DNA of 64,000 nt from Eledone cirrhosa (lineage: Eukaryota), in the NCBI GenBank assembly GCA_964016885.1, contig OZ024742.1, positions 156,364,001 through 156,428,000 on the forward strand. The letters are read 5' to 3'. The position numbers and the translations under genes were made by a program. Positions 13,652 to 28,504 of the stretch are shown in pieces. Under the pieces are notes generated by a model. The model made no database searches. It was not told the origin of the DNA and saw nothing but the letters and a program-made list of their open reading frames with translations. Position 1 is the stretch's first letter. Every line of letters begins with the position of its first letter.

Positions 13652-14588
13652 GGATATATATATATATGTACGTATGGATTCACCGAAGATTTATTATACG
13701 AAATTTCATTTCTCATTATAAAATATGTTTGGTGAATCCATACGTACATATATATATGTGTGCATGTATGTATATATACATACATACTACTGTACTTCTG
13801 TATACATATAGGTATGTACATATACATACTTATATTTCAGTAACAGCCGTACTAAGACTGAGAAATGAAATTTCGTTTCATTTTTTTCCGTTTATCGTTT
13901 TCGGTACCCCGGCCGATTAACTCCCTCGATATGCAAACTAGGCTGCTCAGCCGTTAATATGCATAAGGAAAGTATATACTTTCAGACGTTCAACCATCTG
14001 GCAGGAAGGTACACGTTGCTGACGATAGCTGATAAGCTTGAAACTAGTACATCGTTCCTTTGTCAGTGTTGAACAAATGAGCTACGATGGTTGCTAGACA
14101 CTGTACGGCTTAAGTCGGGATGTTTGTTTACAAACACACCGAGCATTACAATAAATGTTCGGTGAATCCATACCTAGATATATATATGTGTGTGCATCTA
14201 TGTATATATATATACATACTACTGTATGTCTCTATACATATATGTATGTAGGTATACATACATATATTTAAGTAACAGCCGTACTAAGAGTGAGATATTA
14301 AATTTCGTTTCATTTTTTCCGTTTATCGTTTTCGGTACTCCGGCCGATTAACTCACTCGATATGCAGATTAGGCTGCTCAGCCGTTCATATGCATAAGGA
14401 AAGTATATACTTTCAAACTTTCAAGCATCTGGTAGGAAGGTACACGTTGCTGACGATAGCTAATAAGCTTGAAACAAGTCAGTGTTGAACAATGAGCAAC
14501 GATGGTTGCTAGACACTGTACGGCTTAATTCGGGATGTTTGTTTACAAACACACCGAGCATTATAGTAAATGTTCGCTGAATCCATAC

Positions 14589-14649
<61 letters not shown>

Positions 14650-14650
14650 C

Positions 14651-14700
<50 letters not shown>

Positions 14701-14757
14701 ACATACTACTATACGTCTGTATACATATATGTATGTACGTATACATACTATATACAT
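13652..14757 (+). mobile_element. Tandem ~432-bp non-coding repeat with hammerhead (retrozyme-like family B), about 2 units
   Basis: TAACAGCCGTACTAAG at 13841 and 14273. HHR ACGTTG-CTGACGA-TAGC..GCTT-GAAA-CTAG-TA-CATCGT at 14013-14055. Confidence 0.88.
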
Positions 14758-14763
14758 ATATAA

Positions 14764-14991
14764 TACAAGGAAAATTTGTTAAGCCTTCGTTTCGTATATT
14801 GTTTGCTGACGAGCGTTATATTATTGATCAGATCAGGGTTTGATCTCTATCGATCTGGAATCGTCTCTGGAATAAAAAAGCTCGTCGGACCTCTGTTGTT
14901 GTAATGACATATCGAACATTTAGCTGATTAATGGCGAAACATGCGTCACCAATCCAGAAATGTAATGAAGGCTTAATAAATAGTCTTTGTA
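14764..14991 (+). ncRNA. Hammerhead motif with ~100-nt loop II insert and long outer stem
   Basis: CTGACGA at 14806-14812, ATTGATCAG/CTGATTAAT helix II, GAAAC-ATGC-GTC at 14936-14947. 14764-14795 pairs with 14960-14991. Confidence 0.68.
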
Positions 14992-15318
14992 TATTTCTAT
15001 TATTATATTACACCGTGTATATCTCTACATACCGCTACTGACGTGAACCTAAACATCGAGTGCTCACCTGATTAAACCTACAGTAACTTCACGTTACACC
15101 CACTGATATATATACTCAAGAATAAACAAGACTTATACAGAGATGCGAAAGCTCAAAGTTTTATGGGATATGTATATTTATGCATAAGGTAAATAGGAAC
15201 AACACATAAAAAAACAGCGTTGAATGAAGAAATATTTTATTTTAATGCTTGATATAGTAGGAAAAGCACTCTTCCAGATTGCTTTCGAATAGAAAACAAA
15301 TACAGTACAGCAATATAT

Positions 15319-15408
<90 letters not shown>

Positions 15409-15424
15409 ACACACACAGACACAC

Positions 15425-15475
<51 letters not shown>

Positions 15476-15555
15476 CATGTATATATATATAACTGAACAA
15501 AAAGAAAAAAATGTAATGAGACTATTTTGTGTTTCTAACTCAATACATGCTTTTG

Positions 15556-15599
<44 letters not shown>

Positions 15600-16070
15600 T
15601 TATATTTTTATTTTGCTTGCATGTATATATTTATATATATGTATGTGTGTAAGTATGTGTATGTGCGTGTGTAAGGGTGGAGCTGTAAATGTCTGCATTT
15701 GTTTGAAAGAATATCTGAAATCACAGTGTGCAGAGGACTGAATAAATTTGTTAAGTTATTTATATAAATTGTTAATGATGTCTGGTTTATTCAATGTAAG
15801 CTGATTGAAAACGCTAAGTTACTTGCTTTTTAAAAATTTCGGTTCCACACCGTCTGGACTATTATTAAGAGAATGGGGAAAACATTATGTACGTCTAACT
15901 CTCACTGAACTATTAAAATCCATTTTTTACTTTGATTGCATCAAATCAAATTTTGTCTTTCTATTATATATATGCATGTGTGCATATGTGTGAATATTTA
16001 TTTGTATGTACATGTGGATGTGTATCTCTTCTCGCTTTCTCTCTCTCTCTCTCTCTCTACATACACACTC

Positions 16071-16125
<55 letters not shown>

Positions 16126-16142
16126 TATTTTTTTTATTTTAT

Positions 16143-16195
<53 letters not shown>

Positions 16196-17159
16196 CATAT
16201 ATATGTGTGTATAAAAGAAAGATGGAGAGCGTGAGTGTGATTATATGTGTGTGTGCGAATTTGTGTTTAAGTTTGTATATATATGTATATTTGTCTCTGT
16301 ATATATGGGTAGAGATAGATTATCACTGACACGAACGACATTTTGACATATGTACCAGTGCATGTATTAAGGAATTCTAATATTATTTCTGGATGAATAG
16401 TTTACTGATTGAAGTGGAATGTCTGCATTGATATATCTTGTTAGCAACGTTGGTTATTTCATATCATAACTGAGTCAATATTACTGAATTCATTATTATC
16501 GAAATTGACGTCTTACTTTCGTATCTAATAACGTTATTTAGAAGACAGTCTAACAATTGTATCTAAAATATGTTAGTTTAAAACGTAAGTATTTATTTTA
16601 AAGGAAAACTACTAATATAGCAAACGAAAACAGGAATTCGATTCATTTCACAAATTGCACTATTACACACGATAGTTTTTGTCCCTTACGGGACTTTTTC
16701 TTGTGTCTCTGAAAAAGAAAAGAAGAAAAAGAAAGACTAGATTATCGTGAATATTATACCGATTCATCTGCTTGTATTTTTCACTTGTATTAATCATTGC
16801 ACTCCGGCCATGCTGTGTTAAATAATTTGTTATCATTCGGTTGAATATATCGACACCAGTGTATGTTTTCACAGATCCAATATTTATTTAATCTACTTAA
16901 TTTTCGAACAGCTAGAAACTACACTCATCCACTCACATACACGCACGCGTGCACACGCATAAACACACACACGGGCGCACGTGTCCGAGCAGTAGCCAAC
17001 CGCACAATGTTTGCAAATTACCTCATAAAGATATTGACCAGCCAGCGGCCATAATACGTTTATGCCACGCAGCATGACTGAACACAAATCATCGTAATTG
17101 CGAAGTGCAATTGTTAACTACACAGTCACACATTCTATGTGTATATATATATGTATTAT

Positions 17160-17300
17160 TTCGAATCCCGCCGAGGTTAACTATGCCTTTCATCCTTACG
17201 GGGTCGATAACATAAAGTACCAGTGACACACTGGGGTAGATTTAATCGACTTTCCCCTCATCTAAAATTGATGGTCTTGTGACGATAAAAGAAAACATTA
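17160..17300 (+). mobile_element. SINE (5'-truncated)
   Basis: TTCGAATCCCGCCGAGG followed by the Meta-like core. Confidence 0.85.
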
Positions 17301-18147
17301 TTTCTTTCAAAGCCTTTTTATATATTCAACAATTTTCTGCATATGGATTTTGGTCTCAACATTATTCTGAATAAACTGGTTAAGCAATTTTATTTTACTT
17401 GTGATGCTTCAATCCACGTTGTATTTTGGCAATCCTTCCTAGAATCTTCTCAGTGATAATCCAGTAAGTAATAGAGTTTCAGTCCTGAAATAAATGAATT
17501 CTACATAAGCTAGAAGGGAAGATTGCTTCAAAAGACACAATTTATTCAATAAAACACTAAAACAAACAATAAATATACTATGAATTCTTTGAAAAATAAA
17601 CAGCACATATAGAGGGAATTATAAAGAATGCAAATATAGATAAGTCAATGGTTAGATCATTCGCTTCACTCTATTTTTCCACGCCAAATAAATAATATAA
17701 CAAGTATTTAACCAGTTCATTTGATGATTCATGTATTATTAGTTCTGCTTTGATCACATTGCCCAACAACAAATATTAAGCATGCTATTTCTAAACAACA
17801 CCATACTGTGAAACTATCAAGCAAAGCACAGACCGAAATATTGCTTACACATCGAAACAAATATCAAATACATCCAGTTTATTGCTGTAAAATATGTATC
17901 ACTTGTTTGCATGCGAAGGAATAAAGGTTTACAGCAATACATCAATAGAAAATTTACCGCATTAGACACATACATGCATACACAAATCAAAGTACGCTTT
18001 CAGATGACCGTTATGTAACTGATTAATGGTAAAGCAACATGCCTGATGGAGAGCTCGATAATGCAGAAACGTTTACAATATTGACACAGCGCTCAAGTCA
18101 ATAATCTAGGAAACATACGTAACGTTGGATATTGAATATAAAACATT

Positions 18148-18824
<677 letters not shown>

Positions 18825-19759
18825 ATTTCTCTTATATTATTATATTATATTATTTATGTTCATGCACGCAACAAAGGTTTCAAGGACCAAATTTGACCAT
18901 ACCTCCAGAAAACAAGAGACATCAAAGTAGTGAACTTTCTTCAGGCACTAATACGCATTGAACCAAAAGTATAAATCGTTATTATTATAATCTTTTGAGA
19001 GCTTTGGGTTTTGCTGTCGGTTATTTAGGTTCTCACATCAGACGTAAACTAAGCGTATGAAATGGAGAACGACTGGGTCTTCTCTCATTTTCTTCATACG
19101 TTTTCGGAGAATATGTGCTGTGATATCTCTAAAATTACTTATTTCCTAACAGAACTCACCTCGTGGTCTATGCTGACTCCTTACAAATAATCGTCGAAAT
19201 CTGATGGTTATGATCCCAAAGCAACAATAATCACACAATTAATGCGTACATCTTTAATCTGCATGTTTGCAGTTTTCACCCTGCACTCCGAATAATTTCC
19301 TAATTTCTCACTTCTTGTTCGACTAAATTGGTCTCCACTGGTCAGACTACGCCAATTCTGCAAATATTATTGGCTGTTTTCTTAAGCAATAAAATGTCGG
19401 GCGGTCTGTGTTTCATCCGTCTATCAGTTCGTATGCTAATATTCAACAATACCATATCATTTCTTGTTTTCTACCAAAGATCATGGTTTACGCCAGTACA
19501 ATATGTCAATAACAATAATGCTACTTATGGCACAATGGCCAATGCAATTTAGCAAACACTTTGTGATACCCCCTTTTGTTTTCCTTTTGTGCTAATGTTT
19601 TGCAACCGCTGACAATATGCAACACATTCTACTCATGACTTCCACACACTCGATATTTCTTTGACACAACCATTTTATAAATTCCACTTTTTAATGAATT
19701 ATTATTTTGAGCTTGCTCATGCGCTGCTAATAGTATGTTGTTCTTGTTCAACTATATAT

Positions 19760-22700
19760 ATGTTATATATATGTATGAGATGAAACAATGGTATTTAACG
19801 AATGCAATGGTACGCGATGGGGCCCTCCCACAGCCCCGGCGGACAGAATGGAGAAGGCGTTTCCCCGGAGGACGGCAAGAGAGACGCGCTGGAAAAGCCA
19901 CTCCAACTCGTGAGGCTCACACCTACGGCTGGTCAACTCAGCGCCTATGGTGGTGAGTAAGGAGGTAGCCCTGGGGCCGAGGACACCAGAAGTTTCCACT
20001 GACAGAGTAACGACCGCAAACCTGTCGGAGAGCGACCGGTATTTGAGGAGTTTGGCCCCCTCAGCCCGACGTGCAGCAGAACCTGGATCAGTCGCAGACT
20101 GCACCAGGTTGCGGCTGCAGACAGTGTCGGTGCAAGTGACATCCCAGACGTTCGCCACCGCGGAACGGGAAGATGGTCATGCCATCTGGCCTTTTGCCGT
20201 CCCCTCGATCCAGCCCCACCGGCTCGAGCTGGGAAGGGAAGCCTGCAGCGTCCAAGCCACGCTTAATGACCTCGTTGGGGGCAGTATGGCGTGGAATGCG
20301 GCCGGCACTGTGGCGACAGGAAAGCGGGTGGAGGCAGAAAGAGTCGACGGTGGAACCGCAGCGACATTGGTGTGGCTGGCAGATCCGGAGGCCGAGCCTC
20401 AGGGAAACGACGATTCGCAGGCTATGGTTGTCTAGCTGCGTGCCAGTAGAGAAGGAGGGCAGAGCATGGAGCCAGGCACCACTGTGGTGTTTGGACGCCG
20501 CACGAAAACAAACAAGGCGGTACTGGTCGAGCTGGCGTGTGAGCCTGTCTGAGGCCAGGTTGCACTGGATGGCATCCCAAGTGCGTTGGGAGAATTGACA
20601 TCAACAGAGGGAGAAGGAGGAGTTGCGTCTACTAGGCTAAGTTCCAGTCGGTCCCACGTCTCACAGACGGCCTCATGTTCTCTGAACACAGAGGGTTCTG
20701 TTGTGTTTTGAAGAACCCTGCTGACGAGAACGCGGCACGAGGTTACCGACGCAAGATACGCCGGCAAAGTTAGTGAGATCGGGGACCGGAGGCCTAGGCC
20801 GCCATACCTGAGAGCTACAGTAGCCTGTTGCTACCCTATGTCGTCAAACTTGACGTTGCATATCACCTCGACTGCTGCTCGGATAGAAGTATCGACGTCA
20901 GCAGAAAGAGAGCTGGGTGGCCGTCATTCAAGCCCAGTCGCCTAGTATGAGTCTGGAGCTGTTGAAGCCTGGACCTGATGGTGGCGCGGACGGCCGGCGG
21001 GTGGATCGGTGACCCGAGGATGAGGACATCCTCTTTGGGGGTCACCTGAACCTGGCGGAGAATGGACCGCACGTCCAAGATGGAGGCTGCAAAGCTCACA
21101 GCATCGAGGCTGACGTTCACCACCTCCAACTTGGCCGAGTTGACCTAGAGGACGATTCCCGCCAGAGCAGGAATCACCGATTGAAGGTCTTTTCGGACCG
21201 TCCGTACGGTCCCGCCCAACGTAGAATCATCCAGATACCAAACGTTCAGAGGGGCCGTGATACTCGGGCCGATGTGGTCAATACCAAGGGCGAACAGTAG
21301 GGGTCCCAAAGGGTCGCCCTGTTGAACCCCAGTAGCCGAGGGTATGACCCTATCAGGAGCTAGGAGCATGCTCGGGGCTCCATATGACAGGTAGGCCAGC
21401 GTGTAGGCAGAGAGGGCTCGGCTGAAGCAGGCCTCGAGCAGATGATCCCGGCGTAAAGAGTTAAAGGCATTCCTCATGTCAAGCTTGACAATGAGGTGCC
21501 TGGAGTCCCTGGATGCCGGTACCGATGGGCAGCTGCTTAAGAACTGCCTGATTGCATGAGAGGCTCCCTCACAGCCACCGGACACGCCGACACCCAGTTG
21601 CACCGGACTAAACTTCTCACCCAGTTCATGTGTGGCGGACTTGCAGATCACCTTGGCAGCCAGCCTCCGGAAGACATTGCCCACAGCAATGGGGCGTATG
21701 CCACCCTCTTTCTTCATGAGAGCGGTGAGGCTGGCCGAAAAAAAGAAGTCTCGAGCGTAAGAGTCGAGGGCACCATGAATGAGCCCATTGGTGAGCCCCA
21801 CAATGCATTCAGAAGGCGGCGCCCGGCCTCAGTGGAGAGGGGGTATGTCAACTCCTTGAGGTAGCCTGGTCGGAGACCATCAACACCTCCGCAGCTGCTA
21901 GCTGGGAAGGACCTGATGGCGGACATGATATATGCATCAGTAGCCACAAGGAGCAGGTGGGGTCGGGTGGGGGTATGGGTCTGAGATCAGGGCGTTGCTC
22001 AGGGTGTTTGAGCCGCAGAGCAGCCAGGATTTCTTCGGTGGGTTGGAGGACAGTGTCCTCTGAGGCAACAACTCTGACTGCGGCCAAGACATCACCCATG
22101 ATAAGCTTTACGTTTACCTGGTCTCGGGATGGAGGATAGGGGGTACCTGAGGGTGGGTGTGTGGGGTCCCTGGGCACGCTTGGAACGGGCGCTCGACCAA
22201 ATGACGAGACATTGGCCTTGACGAAGGCTGCTGCTGACCTGCAGCCCCGGACAGCGCCAGAGCTGGGGAGGCCGAGGGCGAGTGGGCCGCAATGGAACAG
22301 CCGCTCCCAGTCACTGGCTCGATTGGAATCCAGGACGCTCTTAATCGAGGAAGCGAGGGCATCGGCCACCGGCGGCCGTGCCGCTCTCGGGATCCTGAGT
22401 GGGATCTTCCGGAGCCGCCTGAGCCGAGCGATGTTGACCAGCGAGGCTCGGGCGTCAGGCAAGATCGCTGTCCCACCTGGTGGTGTGCCAGAGGGCCGTG
22501 GCTGGGAAGACCTGGGGAAGAGGCAGCTCCTGCACCTCCATGCTGCGAGGGCATTGGAGGCTCGACGAGTCAAGCCAATGCAGGTGAGGTGGTGGTAGCA
22601 GCCGCACCCCAAACAGTTCCGGCCCCTCTTCCATTTGTTAGTAGTGACGCATGTGCTGCAGGTGTCGATTTGGAGGGGTGGGGGATGGGGTGTGGGGCCG

Positions 22701-23010
22701 GGGACTGGGGCACCGATCGGCACCAGGGGTAGGTGGGTGGTGGGTGTAATTGGAGGGGAAAGTGGTGGTAAGTGGGCAGCATAGCTCACCTATATATATA
22801 TGGAGGTGCCAGAAAACGACACCGAAAAGGGGCTGCATGGAGGGGGAGACACAGGAAGGTAGAATGGCAGTAAATGAATGAGTCAATGGATGGATGTACA
22901 CAAAAAAGGAGGGGGCGGGTAGGCAAGGGGTTGCTCCCAGAGGAAAGACCCAGAATTCAGCACGCACATATGCGAGCAACTGAGCGTTTGTCAAACACGA
23001 TATTCTCAAT
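19760..23010 (-). mobile_element. CRE-like non-LTR retrotransposon (PHD-like finger, RT, zinc knuckle, restriction-like endonuclease), frameshifted
   Basis: GGIRPIAVGNVFRRL, QLGVGVSGGCE, KLDMRNAFNSL, GVQQGDPLGPLLF, WYLDD. C-terminal WDVTC.DT...E.AK..KY...VETSG. N-terminal CSTC...CLGC..YHHLTC...WRCRSC. Confidence 0.9.
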
Positions 23011-23229
23011 GGATGTGTTTCCCTTTTGACGTTTTAATTTCTTAACCAGTTCCCTGAATCACACGTTTTTTTTTCTGTATATCTTTCAAACTTGCTATGC
23101 AGCGTTTATCTTCTGAACTCTTGTTATTCATGTTCTCCTCGTTCATGTAGTTTTGCTTGTTTTCATTATTTTCTTTTAATATATCTTCTTTTACTACTAT
23201 GTCATCCAACAATGTCTCATTATTATTTC

Positions 23230-23415
23230 GGATTGGCAGTAACGGTAGAGTGTGGGACGCTATGCTTTGCAGCAATAGTTATGGCCTTTTATGGTCTGAG
23301 TTCAAATCACGCCGAGATTAACTTTGCCTTTCATCCTTACGGGATCGATAAAATAAAGTATCAGTAATGCACTGGAATAATTACTGGCCTTGTGCCAAAA
23401 GTAGAAACCATTATT
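23230..23415 (+). mobile_element. SINE
   Basis: Full-length match to the 5781 copy. Confidence 0.9.
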
Positions 23416-23419
23416 ATTT

Positions 23420-24130
23420 CCCAAGTAGTAGTGTAAACTTCTTACCTTTGACCTGCAAATTTCCTCAAACACAATAAGGCAGCTTCCTCCATTTTCTTTC
23501 TTCAAATGTAAGTCTTTAAAGGTCTGAGTTTCGATACAGAGCAGCTCCTTCACTAATAGTGTACTTTACCGTCTATCAAGCTTTGGGGCTTCGTCTCTCG
23601 TATACCGATAAATGCAGTGCTATACTTGATGGATGATACTACCGAGGCATTATATTCCCCAAGAATAAATTCCTTGCGTTTAAGTTAATTTACATTAACA
23701 CAAATCCCATTCAAATATAGCTATTCTGTTTTTCCTTCCATATACTTGCACAACATGCTGGCAAATTCAAGTAAACACAATTTGTGGTATCCTTCTACAT
23801 CAGGTTCACATGTTTCATCTCTGGTTGGGAATGTAATACTGTTGAAATCTATCCTCTTGCGCTTTTGAAACAACACTATTGAACACTGGATGATACCAAC
23901 ACTCATTTTTATGTCCATGTCACTTTGACAAATAGTCCGTATCATTAAATCAACAGGACTCCTAGCTTCCCCATATAATTTTACGTCATACATCAACTTA
24001 TCAGCACCATATTTTCTCATACAAATCCTGTGATATTATTATGTAATCCGAACATTTTCATTGTTTGTATGATCCAAAAATATGGAATCATATCAAAGTC
24101 TTATTTATAGTCAATCCAAGTTAGATCTCC
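23420..24130 (-). mobile_element. Degenerate R4/Dong-like LINE RT fragment
   Basis: WIDYK*DFDMIPYFW near 24070-24118. ORF 23721-24020 LMYDVKLYG...SDMDIKMSVG..QC resembles the YMDDLKLY...DI.M.FG..KC region. Confidence 0.65.
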
Positions 24131-24753
24131 TTTTATTGTTTTTTCCAGGATACATACTAGAATCCACAACAACAAACGCAAATGCCTTAAAAAGTCATAA
24201 ATTTACACATCACGCAGCCATGAACACGAACAGCCAGTAATCAAAACCTCTTTTAAAGCAAAATGCTACAATTGCAGAAACCGGTTACATCAACCCTAAA
24301 ATTACTACACTGCCCATACAGATCATACAAATCTACACATACATACAGATCTACACATACATACAGATCATACAAATCACACATAAAATATACACCAAAT
24401 TAAAAGCAAAATTCTCTAATGCAATTGACGATCTCCATGCCACATTGAAACAAAGGTAATAATCAAAAATTATTGTGGAAGTGCCTTCAACTAGAAAAAG
24501 ATTAACATAGTTTTACTTTGGATAGTCTGTATGAATGCAGGCGGCCTGGGGTTGTCATTGAAGAAAGATCACCTGCTAAACGGTCATCAATGAAATCAGA
24601 ATTTCTGAGGCATGTGTATTAGTGAAGATTGTCCGGGGCTTCATAGACTGGGATTATTGGAAGCTGAATGCATAAGTCCCGACGCGCTAAGATTACACTA
24701 ATTGAATTAGTAAATTAGTTAAGCGGGAGTTGACGGGTGCAATTGTCGAAAAG

Positions 24754-24792
<39 letters not shown>

Positions 24793-24870
24793 CATATTGA
24801 AACTAATTATACGATGCATAATATTAATATATATATATATATATATATTACATATACACACACACATATA

Positions 24871-25044
<174 letters not shown>

Positions 25045-26467
25045 TAAATGTTGAGTATATGTTGGTTATTTACCGGCACGTAAGTATGCAGGTCGGAGCA
25101 CTCGACGAAGAACGAAGGTTGGTTTGTTTAATCCGGAGTAATGTAAATTAAGTAAGTCAAACATGTTAAATTTGACTTCGTTTATTTTAAAATGTCTGCT
25201 ATATATATTTCAGTGACAGCTATTATTGGCTTTGACCTCTTCAGCAAGTACAAATTAATGTAGAAAGAACAGGTAAACATGGTGTTGAAATGTGTTCCAC
25301 TCTGTCAATTCATCGATATAACCAGCTCCTGGCTGTGTTGTTAGTCCTACGAGGAACTGGAATCATTTTATTGTATGTATATATACATACTATGCACCGT
25401 GTAAACTGTCTGGTGTTGGAAAGATTAGTAGAAACAAATATAAACCAATATCAGCATAAACAATACCTTTACCTAAGAGGTTTAACTGGAATTGACACCA
25501 AGAAAAATGTGCTGCGCAAAATCAATTGTGTTCCGACTGATATCAATTTACAAATTTACTGTATAAATTGTCATATGTCTTGTCTAGTCCAAGTGATACT
25601 GCAAAACGGCCACTCTATCGTATTATAATGTATAGTTGGATATCACCTTTCCTATTACAATTGTACTTTTACAACGCTTTAAGCGCAGCATATTTATCCA
25701 CTACTATAGCTCGCATATGGTTAAAACCAATTAATCTCTCACATGAAATATTTACAACAATGGACATTTGAATCGCACATTTTATTTCCACTGCTCTGTA
25801 TGAAATTGAGTAAAACAAACTGATTGTGAAATCCGAGAACAATCAGATTATGGCTCGTGCCACTAAACCAATGGAAGCATAATTGAGGTTAACTTAAACA
25901 TTGAAATGTTCATAGAATCTAGATGTCAAATGATCATAGAAAGTATTAATTTATTTTCGAAATAATTAATAATCTAATTATCTAATTGAAAAATGAATTG
26001 ATAAATTGTAAACATATTTGTAGGAAAATGCTGAAAGGAACAAGCAGCGCAATCGAAATAAGATGAAAATGATTGAAACTAATTAAAAGGAAATATAATT
26101 ACTACTGTGCAGTTTTTATTTCCTTTTATTACTTTCTTAAAGCAATAATAGGAAAGTCAGACTTTCCAAGAAAAGATTTTATCTTTTTAATCAAATGTCA
26201 AATGGCGGCTGCAATTTGTGAGAAACACTCACATGTGTGGACGTTGAAACGAGATATCAGATATTATTTACGCATATTATATAATACTGATGTATACTTA
26301 AAAAAATCATATGGAACCATTTTAATACACACACACACATACGCACACATACTTACACTCACAATCACACCCATACACACACATCCACACGCACATATAT
26401 ATATATATATATATATATGAAAATATATATATGTCTATATATATACATATATATATACATATATATT

Positions 26468-26507
<40 letters not shown>

Positions 26508-26512
<5 letters not shown>

Positions 26513-27122
26513 TGTAATAAACAACATCATATAATTACTTCATTTACCAGTGGTTTCTTGAAAGCAAACAAATTTTGCTTTCGATCATCAACATGGAAAA
26601 ATCCTGGTGTATTTATTGACATGGGATTTTAAAAGCAAAAATATAATCTATATGAAAGTGAGGCTGGAAATGGAAGAAGCAAAGGAAAAATAAACACACA
26701 TGCACACACACACAATTACATACACCCTAATATATACATACACATATATATATATACATACATATACACACACATAAATATATATATGTATATATACATA
26801 CATATATACATACACGTACAAATACACATACCTATACATATACCTGCATACATACAAATATATCAACATATCCATACATACACAGACACACAAATACACA
26901 GACACACACACACACATAAGAATAAACATGAATGTAAAAATAATTATGAAGTTGACAGCGATACAGTCAACAAATACATGAACAAACACACGTGGTAAGC
27001 AGCACCAACAATTGCACATACACATACATAAAAATAAATACATACACATACACAAATACAGATACATATACATATACACATACATACACATACACATGTA
27101 CATACACACACACACACACATG

Positions 27123-27174
<52 letters not shown>

Positions 27175-27278
27175 CATACATATGTATATACACGCACACA
27201 TAGATACAAATACATACACCCACATGTATGTGTGTAAAACTCATCCTTAGCAGTATTCAATGAACCTTGTTTAACGCT

Positions 27279-27346
<68 letters not shown>

Positions 27347-27800
27347 CATACATATACACACACACATTTATATAAAAACATACATAAATATTATATATAC
27401 ATATATAAATCAAAATGTGAAAGGGGTAAACAAATATTTGGGAATACGACGAATAATAGATAAATAAATAATTAGAAAATGTTATAAATGTTTATAGCTG
27501 ATTTAGAGCACTCACCATATTTCTAGAGCAAATGATCAATGAAAATAAGGATTAAATCACTGTATGTAATTATGCATATACATACGCATACATATATACA
27601 TATACATATATATATATATATATGTATATGTATACACAAATACCATACAAATACACACATATATACATACAATACATACATATACGTTTATATATATATA
27701 TACATATAGGAAAAAGTATGACTTCGACGGCGGAGCTCAAGCCGTTTCTGAGGCTATTATATATATATATAAACAATTATATAAAAATACACACACACAA
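26508..27800. repeat. Left arm of long diverged inverted repeat (right arm 36748-38297)
   Basis: Unique blocks at 26508-26705, 26930-27010, 27235-27282, 27470-27565 and 27705-27760 all recur reverse-complemented, in mirrored order. Confidence 0.9.
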
Positions 27801-27816
27801 ATATAAACACACACAT

Positions 27817-27879
<63 letters not shown>

Positions 27880-27904
27880 TATATATATATAAATATATAT
27901 ATAT

Positions 27905-28393
27905 TTATATATGTAGGAGGTGAGTTTTATTGTAGTACATTAAAGCAATGCAGATATCGGATAAGAAGCACTCTACAGTTTGTAGGACTGGAGTATACAT
28001 AATATATAAGATCAAAAGATGGTTAAAGGAGTTCCATGTATTTTATTAGGCGCATTTCAAAAACAAACATCATCATGCAATAATATTTGCGTTTTCATCA
28101 GATAAAACAGGAGGACATGATATGAAGGCTAAACAACACTTGGGGATAGTGCAGTTTTAAACACAAGTTTTTGTTAGCCTTCATATCATGTCCTCCTGTT
28201 TTATCTGATGAAAACACAAATATTATTGCATGATGATGTTTGTTTTCGAAATGCGCATAATAAAATACACGGAACTCCTTTAACCATCTTTTGATCTTAT
28301 ATATTATGTATACTCCAGTCCTACAAACTGTAGAGTGCTTCTTATCCGATATCTGCATTGCTTTATTGTACTACAATAAAACTCACCTCCTAC

Positions 28394-28400
<7 letters not shown>
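27905..28400. mobile_element. Inverted pair (~230-bp arms) of a pLTR-like element, each arm with a hammerhead
   Basis: 27905-28137 is the reverse complement of 28171-28400. HHRs at 28199-28265 (+) and 28041-28107 (-). Confidence 0.9.
28199..28265 (+). ncRNA. Type I hammerhead ribozyme motif, core intact
   Basis: TTTTAT-CTGATGA-[AAACACAAATATTATT GCAT GATGATGTTTGTTTTC]-GAAA-TGCGCA-TA-ATAAAA. Predicted cleavage after 28259. Confidence 0.88.
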
Positions 28401-28480
<80 letters not shown>

Positions 28481-28504
28481 TACATATACATACATATATA
28501 TATA

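Noticed and set aside
19050-19210. Splice-like signals on the minus strand
   Set aside because: The implied intron is about 31 nt and the peptides are unrecognisable.
22930-23035. Possible HDV-like ribozyme at the 5' end of the CRE-like element
   Set aside because: P3/L3 and P1.1 could not be assembled.
24725-24755. TTGACGG...GAAA hammerhead-like string
   Set aside because: The core is mismatched and there is no helix I or III.
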